DNA of 64,000 nucleotides, taken from the NCBI GenBank assembly GCA_003228685.1, contig QIFC01000096.1, positions 49,309 to 113,308 on the forward strand, written 5' to 3'. This stretch comes from Chloroflexota bacterium. GTDB taxonomy: Bacteria; Chloroflexota; Dehalococcoidia; DSTF01; RBG-16-68-14. How positions within the stretch are numbered: the first letter of the stretch is position 1; each line of letters begins with the position of its first letter. The notes beneath the pieces were generated by a model. The model worked only from the letters and a program-made list of their open reading frames with translations. It had not been told where the DNA came from and ran no database searches. Made by a program: the position numbers and the translations under genes. This document shows positions 47,456-54,491 of this stretch, in pieces.

Positions 47456-48334
47456 ATGTCGCTTAGCAATCTGCAGAATAGTATCGTAGGCATCATGGGG
47501 CTCGGAGTCGTCGGCGACGGCGTCCAGCACTACTTCGAGCGAGCGGAGCAGGAGATCAGAGTCTACGATCCGAATCGCGGGCTCGGCTCCGTCGAGTCGA
47601 TCAATGAAGCGGACGTGGTCTTCATCTGTGTGCCGACGCCATATCTGCCGGAGCGGGGCTTCGACGACAGCGCGCTAGAAAACGCGATCAGCCTGTTGGA
47701 GGGCTCCAAGATCGTCGTCATCAAGTCGACCGTTCTGCCAGGCACGACCGAGGCGTATCAGACCCGCTACTCGCAGCACCATCTGCTCTTCAACCCGGAG
47801 TTCCTCCGCGAGGCGCACGCCCGCATCGATTTCCTGCGGCCGGATCGTCAGATCATCGGTTACACGGCGCAGACCCGTCACCTGGCAGACGCCGTCTTGA
47901 CGATGCTTCCGGCAGCTCCATACATGGAAGTCATGGGCGCGCGCGAGGCGGAGATGGCCAAGTATATGACGAATGCGTTCCTGGCACTCAAGGTCACATT
48001 CGCGAACGAGATCTTCGATCTCTGCACCTCCCTGGACGTTGAGTATGAGAAAGTGCGAGAGGCCGTCACAGCCGACCTGCGCATTGGCGATTCACATTTG
48101 AACGTGAATGATGGCGGCTATCGGGGATATGGCGGGAAGTGCTTTCCGAAGGATACGAAGGCCCTCCTGGAACTAGGGGAGCGCATGCAGGTGCCGTTGC
48201 GGCTGCTGCGCACGGCCGACCGGATTAACGATTCGCTCTTGCCACCCAGCACCGAGCCGCCCGTGCTGAGGTTGCTGCCTGTCACGGCCCGCGAAGAGGC
48301 AGAGCCTGAGACGTTGGACGGCCAGGCTGCGTAA
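47456..48334 (+). CDS. UDP-glucose/GDP-mannose dehydrogenase family protein (short form)
   Basis: GLGVVG, CVPTP, KSTVLPGT, NPEFLRE, GYGGKCFPKD; no C-terminal UDP-binding domain. Confidence 0.88.
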   Translation: MSLSNLQNSIVGIMGLGVVGDGVQHYFERAEQEIRVYDPNRGLGSVESINEADVVFICVPTPYLPERGFDDSALENAISLLEGSKIVVIKSTVLPGTTEAYQTRYSQHHLLFNPEFLREAHARIDFLRPDRQIIGYTAQTRHLADAVLTMLPAAPYMEVMGAREAEMAKYMTNAFLALKVTFANEIFDLCTSLDVEYEKVREAVTADLRIGDSHLNVNDGGYRGYGGKCFPKDTKALLELGERMQVPLRLLRTADRINDSLLPPSTEPPVLRLLPVTAREEAEPETLDGQAA

Positions 48335-48483
48335 CCTGGCGGTGGCCGCGTAGGGCCGTCGGATCTTGACGCTGATCTGGGTGCTTGGCTGGCGGGCGGA
48401 GCACATAGTGCACTCCGCCCGCCGTAGGTCTCCCTTCCAAACAAGCGGGGAAAGCAGCGTCAGCTATGAGCCGCGCCGGCCTA

Positions 48484-49476
48484 TCATGAGACTGGCGTTT
48501 CGACCGTGGCGCGCGGCGTGCGGTTCGTCCACCAGCGCGCGCCGATCGCGAGCGCTACCAGCGGCGGCACCAGCCACCACGAGAACGCCACGACGACGAG
48601 CGCGCCGATGGCGATGCCGCTCAGCACCGTGAGCGATGCTTGCCATGCGTTCTCGAAGGCTTCTGCTGGCGTCAGGCTACCGCCACTGGCAGGAGGCTCC
48701 GCAGCGAGAGCTACGGGGCTGAGATTCACCGTGATCGTTGCAAGGTCTGTGAGGTTGTCGAGCAGGTTGATGCGTCCGATGACTTGCTCGATCTGGCCAC
48801 GGACGAAGTCGAGCCGGTCCTGCACCACGAGGATGTCGTTGATCGTCACCGCCTGAGCCAGCAGTTCAAGGTAGCGCTGCTCTGTAGCCTCAAGCGTCCG
48901 CAGGCGCGCCTGCAGGTCGGTGAACTCTTCCGTCACGTCGTTGGCATCAGAGCTTTCCTGGCTTACAGTGCCCATGCCGCGGATGTCTGCCAGCACGCTC
49001 TGGTACTGCGTGCCGGGGACGCGGATCGTCACGCTGGCGAATTGCTTGTCGTCGATGTTGGAGAATGAAGAGCTGGCGACGAAGCCGCCGGCCGTCTCCG
49101 CGATGCGGATGATTTCCTGGAAGCTGCGGCCAACGCCGTTCTCACCTTCGAGTCCCAGATCCACCGACGAACTCTGGATGATCTTGCGGTCCAGAACGTT
49201 ACCGAGTTGTGGGCTGACGGGCGGCGCTAGGTCTTCGGACCCCACCTCGCTGTCTGCGGCGTAGTTGGAAAATTGGTCGCTGCTCGGGGCCTCCGCCGCG
49301 AGTCCAGAACGCTCGTCGCCTTGCGAGAGTGAGAGCCGTTCACTGTCGCCCTCGGCTCCGCTGAGAATGCTCGCGTTGTCGTCACCGCCACCGCCCGGGA
49401 GTGCGCTGCCGCACGCCACCGCGAGCACTAGTAGGACGGCTAGCGCGCCTATCAGGATAAATCGAACTCTGGTCAT
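48484..49476 (-). CDS. DUF4349 lipoprotein
   Basis: Lipobox AVAC, RKIIQ, TIRVP, DVTEEFTDLQARL, C-terminal TM. Confidence 0.88.
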   Translation of the reverse strand: MTRVRFILIGALAVLLVLAVACGSALPGGGGDDNASILSGAEGDSERLSLSQGDERSGLAAEAPSSDQFSNYAADSEVGSEDLAPPVSPQLGNVLDRKIIQSSSVDLGLEGENGVGRSFQEIIRIAETAGGFVASSSFSNIDDKQFASVTIRVPGTQYQSVLADIRGMGTVSQESSDANDVTEEFTDLQARLRTLEATEQRYLELLAQAVTINDILVVQDRLDFVRGQIEQVIGRINLLDNLTDLATITVNLSPVALAAEPPASGGSLTPAEAFENAWQASLTVLSGIAIGALVVVAFSWWLVPPLVALAIGARWWTNRTPRATVETPVS

Positions 49477-49511
49477 GGTCTGTGCCTCCTCCTCGATGCT
49501 GCGTTGGTGGC

Positions 49512-49539
49512 TAGACGTTGCGGGGCCTCGATTTGTTCC
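49512..49539 (-). promoter_or_regulatory. ECF sigma-type promoter for the DUF4349 gene
   Basis: GGAAC-N17-CGTCTA on the - strand. Confidence 0.65.
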
Positions 49540-49567
49540 CGCCTATCTGTGGAGCCTAGAATGGCGC

Positions 49568-50182
49568 GTGTCTAAGCGGCCAGAGGTAGATGAAGAGTTG
49601 GTGGATCGCGTCCGCCAAGGTGACCTGGACGCGTTCAACCAGATCGTCGCCATCTTCCAAGACAGGATCTACAATCTCTGCCTGCGCATGCTCGGATCGC
49701 CTCAAGCCGCCGAAGACGCCGCGCAGGATACTTTCGTGTCCGCGTATCGGAACGCGGGCAAACTACGAGGCGCGAACGTACGCTCCTGGCTCTTTCGCAT
49801 CGCATCCAACACCTGCATTGATGAGGTGCGAAAGCGCCAACGCCGGCCCGTCATCTCGTTGGATCGTCCCTCTTCAGACGATGACGCTCGTCCAGTAGAC
49901 GTTCCGGACGAGGATCCCGGACCAGAAAAGCGGACGCTGCAGGGCGAACTGCACAGTGCCGTCCAGGAAGCGCTTCTCGATCTTCCTGGCGATCAGCGGC
50001 TCGCGGTGACGCTTTGCGATTTAGAGGGTTTCCAGTATGAAGAGATCGCGGATGCTATGGGGACGTCAGTTGGTACTGTGAAGTCGAGGATCAGCCGTGG
50101 TCGCGCCCGCCTGCGGGAGGCGATCCGAGAGCGGCCGGAACTCTTTGCGCAGTATCTACGTCCTATAAGTGAAGGTGGTTGA
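49568..50182 (+). CDS. ECF RNA polymerase sigma factor
   Basis: AEDAAQDTF, WLFRIASN, YEEIA...GTVKSRISRGR; GTG start estimated. Confidence 0.93.
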   Translation: MSKRPEVDEELVDRVRQGDLDAFNQIVAIFQDRIYNLCLRMLGSPQAAEDAAQDTFVSAYRNAGKLRGANVRSWLFRIASNTCIDEVRKRQRRPVISLDRPSSDDDARPVDVPDEDPGPEKRTLQGELHSAVQEALLDLPGDQRLAVTLCDLEGFQYEEIADAMGTSVGTVKSRISRGRARLREAIRERPELFAQYLRPISEGG

Positions 50183-50202
50183 GAAGATGAAGGGAAACGA
50201 TC

Positions 50203-50988
50203 GTGCCGTTCTGGCGAAATAGACACGCGGTACGCGCCGAAGAGCTAGGCGCATTCGTCGACGGCGAGCTTGACGACATCGAGTCCCGCCGCGTCGAACG
50301 TCACGTCGAGTCGTGCGCGCCCTGCAGCGAGGCGGTAGCCGAGCTGCGCGCGGTCAGCCGTGCCGTGAGCGAACTCCCCGACGTTCCAGCGCCGCGTTCG
50401 TTCGCGTTGCGCCAGACCGACGTGCTTCCAGCGCCCGCGAGCGGAGGGATGGGGCTGTTCGGCAGCCTCCAGCCCCTCCTCAGCGGCGTCGCGGCGATTG
50501 CCATCATCACCTTCGTTGTACTGGCCGGCGTAGACATTAGCTCCGATTCATCTCAGGACGACAACTCGAGCGCAGCGGTCCTCGCTGACGACATCGAGTC
50601 GCAACAACTATCAGAGGCTGAGCGTCGCGGGGTTGCTGATGGCGATGTTGCACCCGAGGCAGGCGACGAGTACGCGCCGCCGCAAGATGCGGACGCGTTC
50701 GGTAGTGGCGGGACTCCCCAAGACGATTCGGAGTCTTCCGCCGGCGAATACGCAGAGGAGCCTGTTGCTCCCGAGCCGGGCGTTTCACCAGGAGAGATCA
50801 CGGAAGACCCGCAGGCACGCGTTCCAGCTCCAGGAGACCGAGAGACCACCAGTGCGGCGCCGCTTGCGGACGATGACGGAGACGGTACCGGCCTGCGCGT
50901 CGCTGAGGGCGCCGCGGCGGCGGTCGCGATCGTCGCTGGAGGGTCCGTGTTACTCATTTGGTGGCGGCGCCGGTCTAACGTCGTCTGA
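50203..50988 (+). CDS. Zinc-finger (zf-HC2) anti-sigma factor
   Basis: FVDGEL...HVESCAPC (HxxxCxxC), TM, acidic extracytoplasmic region, second TM. Confidence 0.88.
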   Translation: MPFWRNRHAVRAEELGAFVDGELDDIESRRVERHVESCAPCSEAVAELRAVSRAVSELPDVPAPRSFALRQTDVLPAPASGGMGLFGSLQPLLSGVAAIAIITFVVLAGVDISSDSSQDDNSSAAVLADDIESQQLSEAERRGVADGDVAPEAGDEYAPPQDADAFGSGGTPQDDSESSAGEYAEEPVAPEPGVSPGEITEDPQARVPAPGDRETTSAAPLADDDGDGTGLRVAEGAAAAVAIVAGGSVLLIWWRRRSNVV

Positions 50989-51053
50989 TCCTGCCCGCTG
51001 CTGTGCTACTATTCCAGGCGCATATCCGCGTGTCGCCATAGCTGGGAGTACGT

Positions 51054-51860
51054 ATGTCAGACAGTCAATACGAACACATCCTCTATGAGAAAAGGGGCCG
51101 CGTCGCGGTCGTCACTCTGAATCGCCCCAAGAAACTCAATGCTTGGACAGGGCTGATGGAGGTCGAATTCATCGACGCCGTGAGCAAGACGGCGGCCGAT
51201 GACGGCCTCAGCGTGCTGCTGCTCACCGGCGAAGGCCGTGGCTTCTGCGCCGGCGCCGACATCAGCGGCTGGGCCGAGGAATTCGCGACGCCTCAGGAGC
51301 GCCCTCCGGCCTCGCCGATGCTCGCCCGCGATGGCAGCCCGGAAGTGCCGATCGCGCTCAGCCGCGGTAAGCCCGCGATCGCGGCCATCAACGGTCCGGC
51401 GATCGGCATTGGCCTGACGGTGACGCTGGCATGTGACATCCGGCTCGCGTCTGATCGGGCAACGTTCTCGGCTCGTTTCGTCAAGATCGGCCTCACGCCG
51501 GAATGTGGCAGCACCCGCTACCTCCCCCTCGTCGCGGGCTTTAGCAACGCGCTCTTCCTAGCGTTGACGGGACGGATCATCGAAGCGCAGGAAGCGAAGG
51601 ATCGCGGACTGGTCGACCGCATCGTGCCTCACGACTCGCTCATCGACGAGGCGATGGCGCTGGCAGAAGAGATCGCCGCGAATCCAATGAATTCTGTCTG
51701 GGCTGCGAAGCGCTTGATCCATGAGGACGCGGTCGAGGATGATCTGCGCCGCGTGGTTACGCAGGAAGTCAACATGATCCGCGAGCAGCGCCGGCTCCCG
51801 GCTCACGCGGAAGCGGTCAGCGCGTTCCAAGAGAAGCGCGAGCCTCGATTCCATGGCTAA
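51054..51860 (+). CDS. Enoyl-CoA hydratase/isomerase family protein
   Basis: LNRPKKLNA, FCAGAD, AINGPAIGIG, CDIR. Confidence 0.93.
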   Translation: MSDSQYEHILYEKRGRVAVVTLNRPKKLNAWTGLMEVEFIDAVSKTAADDGLSVLLLTGEGRGFCAGADISGWAEEFATPQERPPASPMLARDGSPEVPIALSRGKPAIAAINGPAIGIGLTVTLACDIRLASDRATFSARFVKIGLTPECGSTRYLPLVAGFSNALFLALTGRIIEAQEAKDRGLVDRIVPHDSLIDEAMALAEEIAANPMNSVWAAKRLIHEDAVEDDLRRVVTQEVNMIREQRRLPAHAEAVSAFQEKREPRFHG

Positions 51861-52860
51861 CGCAATGAAGCGTTGGGGCCTGACGTTCCCACTCGACGGC
51901 GTGTCGTTGTCAGCGCACAAGGAGTTCCTTACGCAGGCCGAGTCACTTGGCTACACAGATGCCTGGACCATGGAGGTCGATGGCATCGACCCGTTCGTGC
52001 CGGCCGCCCTCGGCCTCTCGTGGACGGAGCGGCTGCGCTTCGGCACCGCCATCGCGAATGTGTTCGTGCGTGGGCCCGCAACAATGGCGCAGGCAGCGGC
52101 CGGCGTGAACGAAGTGGCAGGCGGCCGTTTCGTGTTGGGGATCGGCGCTAGCTCGCCGGCAATCGTCGAGAACTGGAATGGTATCGGCTTTCGGAAGCCG
52201 TATACGCGCGTCCAGGAGACGCTGGCGTTCTTGCGTGCCGCCTTCACCGGAGAGCGCACGAGCAGCGAGACCCTGGGCGTGCGTGGCTTTCGGATGCGGC
52301 GCCGGTTCGCCGATGCTCCGCCGATCTTCGTCGGCGCTCTGCAGGAGAAGATGCTTGCGCTCGCCGGCAGCGCGGCCGATGGCGTGATCATCAACTGGCT
52401 GGCGCCCTACGACGTTCCGAAAGTCGTCGCGATCGCAAAGGAGGCGGCCCAGCAGGCGGGTCGCGACCCCGATGCCCTGGAAGTTGTCTGCCGTATCTTC
52501 GTGATCCCGACGGAAGATGAGAACGTCTCGCGCTTTATCGCCCGCCGCTCGATCGCAGGCTACTTCACGACACCCGTCTACGGCGCATTCCATCGCTGGT
52601 TGGGCCGGGAAGAGTCGCTTGGCCCGATGCAGCAGGCGTGGGACGCCGGGGACCGCCAGAAGGCGACGGAGCTGGTGCCAGACGAGGTGATCGATGGCGT
52701 ATTTGTCATGGGCAGTCGCCAGGCCTGCCTCGATCAAATCGAGGAGTACTGCAAGAACGGCGTCACGGTGCCTGTGTTGAACTTCATTCCCACCGCAACT
52801 GATCCAGGCGAGTTGCCCGACTTACATCTGAAAACAATGCGGGAGCTGGCGCGACCGTAG
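51853..52860 (+). CDS. LLM class (probably F420-dependent) oxidoreductase
   Basis: GYTDAW, FGTAIANV..RGP, GRFVLGIG.SS..IVE.WNG, ADGV. Confidence 0.88.
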   Translation: MANAMKRWGLTFPLDGVSLSAHKEFLTQAESLGYTDAWTMEVDGIDPFVPAALGLSWTERLRFGTAIANVFVRGPATMAQAAAGVNEVAGGRFVLGIGASSPAIVENWNGIGFRKPYTRVQETLAFLRAAFTGERTSSETLGVRGFRMRRRFADAPPIFVGALQEKMLALAGSAADGVIINWLAPYDVPKVVAIAKEAAQQAGRDPDALEVVCRIFVIPTEDENVSRFIARRSIAGYFTTPVYGAFHRWLGREESLGPMQQAWDAGDRQKATELVPDEVIDGVFVMGSRQACLDQIEEYCKNGVTVPVLNFIPTATDPGELPDLHLKTMRELARP

Positions 52861-52921
52861 GCCATATGGCACGTTGTCGTGGCGTGGCCGACCTGGGATA
52901 ATTGGTCTAGTGCTAACTATC

Positions 52922-53272
52922 ATGACTCGTCTCAGACGGCACTGGCGCGCGGCGCTGCAGGCAGGTTCGCTGCTGCTGCTGCTCGCGTTCTTGCCGTCGA
53001 CCGGCTACGCGGGCCACTGGGGCGAGTTCACAGACTATGCCATGGGCAGAACTGGCCATGAGCGCCCCGCTGACCCGGATCACGCGAGCCATGCGTCGCA
53101 TTGTCATGGAACCGCGTCGTGCTCGGAGCGGCCGCAACCTGTTGGCGTTCGCATCTCTCCGACAGTGATCGAACTGCCTCTGCCGTCGCTCACCGACCAG
53201 GTCGTCGAAGATGAGATCTCTATTGTTCACGAGTTCTTCCTCACGCCGCCCACGGAACCGCCAAGGCTCTAG
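52922..53272 (+). CDS. Putative copper-responsive leader/arrest peptide (CutF/CruR-like), 116 aa
   Basis: Signal peptide, DHASHASHCHGTASC, C-terminal TPPTEPPRL; first gene before copper genes. Confidence 0.65.
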   Translation: MTRLRRHWRAALQAGSLLLLLAFLPSTGYAGHWGEFTDYAMGRTGHERPADPDHASHASHCHGTASCSERPQPVGVRISPTVIELPLPSLTDQVVEDEISIVHEFFLTPPTEPPRL

Positions 53273-53333
53273 ATACTCTCGTTCACCCGAAACAACGCAG
53301 AGAATCTAGAACCAAAGGAGGTTCTTGTGAACA
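53224..53333 (+). promoter_or_regulatory. Predicted SD/start-codon-sequestering mRNA structure
   Basis: TGTTCACGAG-TT-CTTCCT (53224-53241) pairs with AGGAGG-TT-CTTGTGAACA (53316-53333); nested hairpin 53268-53310. Confidence 0.65.
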
Positions 53334-53812
53334 GGCCCATACTTCTCCTATTCGGAGCATTGCTGATCATCGCTGGCGGGTTGGCTATCGCGTGCTCCCG
53401 CGACACAGATGACATTGAAGCCCGCATCGACGCTCTGGAGCGGCAGGCGGGAGCCAGTAACGACATCGCGGCGCTACAGCAGCAGGTGGAGCAGGCAAAC
53501 ATGGTGGCGACGCTCAACTTGCTGAACGACGTTGGTTTCCACGAGCTGAACGAAACAATAGCTGTGGATGAGATCGCGCCCGCCGGCACGGTAGGGACGA
53601 TCCGCACGGCCTTCCGCGCCGTCGCCGCGACCGCATGGCCGAACGACCTCGATGCGGACGCCTCCGGCTTTCAGGCGAAGTTAGATGGTTTCCTCGACTC
53701 GCTCCTCGCGGACGAAACGGGTGCTGCCCTCGTGGACATGTCACTGGTAGCCCACGACGGCTATCACGACTTCACCGACCTTGGGTGGACCTATCTTGCC
53801 GGCTTCGGGTAG
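53327..53812 (+). CDS. Helical lipoprotein with His motifs, putative metal-binding
   Basis: AAAGGAGG SD + GTG; lipobox LAIAC; GFHELN and AHDGYHDF. Confidence 0.7.
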   Translation: MNRPILLLFGALLIIAGGLAIACSRDTDDIEARIDALERQAGASNDIAALQQQVEQANMVATLNLLNDVGFHELNETIAVDEIAPAGTVGTIRTAFRAVAATAWPNDLDADASGFQAKLDGFLDSLLADETGAALVDMSLVAHDGYHDFTDLGWTYLAGFG

Positions 53813-53851
53813 CCGAATAGGATGAGATATTTAGGAGAGGAGGGCTCGACC

Positions 53852-54487
53852 ATGATGCGTAAGCTCCAGATAGTAGTCGCGCTCGGTTTCGCTTTGGCTG
53901 CGGCGCTGCTTCTGGTGGCGACCGTGTTCTCTCATGCCGGATACGACAGCTCGGAGCCCGGACGTAACGAGATCGTGCCGGAGGCTCCGGAGCGCGTCGA
54001 CGTCTTCTTCACGCAGGACGTAGTGAAGAGGGAAGGCGCATATTACGTGCGCGTTTTCGATGAGACGGAAACGCAAGTGAGCGACGGCGACGGCGTGGTC
54101 GACGACGATAACCGTAGACACAGCTACACCGATCTCCCTGCGAACCTTGGCCAGGGCAGGTACATCGTCGAATGGATGACGATGTCCGATGAGGACGGGG
54201 AAGCCGACGATGGCGCCTTCTGCTTCTACATTGGCGTGGAGCCCACGGCGGACCAAGAAGCCGAGTGCGCTGCGTTCGATGATGAGGCGCCGCCGGCTCC
54301 CACGGAGCGCGTGGATCAACCGACCGACTCCGCCGACGACCCTACTCCCACTGTCATGGCGTCGTCTGACGGCGATGACGACGAGGGTGGCTCCAATACG
54401 GGCTTGATCGTCGCAATCGTAGTGGCCGTCGCAGTGATCGCCGCGGTTGTAATCGGCGGGCTGGTCTGGAGCAGCCGCCGAGAGTAG
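53852..54487 (+). CDS. CopC-domain protein with C-terminal membrane anchor
   Basis: Signal peptide then HAGYDSSEP; G.Y.VEW...S.EDG...G.F.F; acidic linker; TM + SRR. Confidence 0.85.
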   Translation: MMRKLQIVVALGFALAAALLLVATVFSHAGYDSSEPGRNEIVPEAPERVDVFFTQDVVKREGAYYVRVFDETETQVSDGDGVVDDDNRRHSYTDLPANLGQGRYIVEWMTMSDEDGEADDGAFCFYIGVEPTADQEAECAAFDDEAPPAPTERVDQPTDSADDPTPTVMASSDGDDDEGGSNTGLIVAIVVAVAVIAAVVIGGLVWSSRRE

Positions 54488-54491
54488 CCGA

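Noticed and set aside
47285..47466. Possible frameshifted small ORF (VKLIVTDS / EERRIAEVVEEILRPVLDV) upstream of the dehydrogenase
   Set aside because: No recognisable homology; the frame join is speculative
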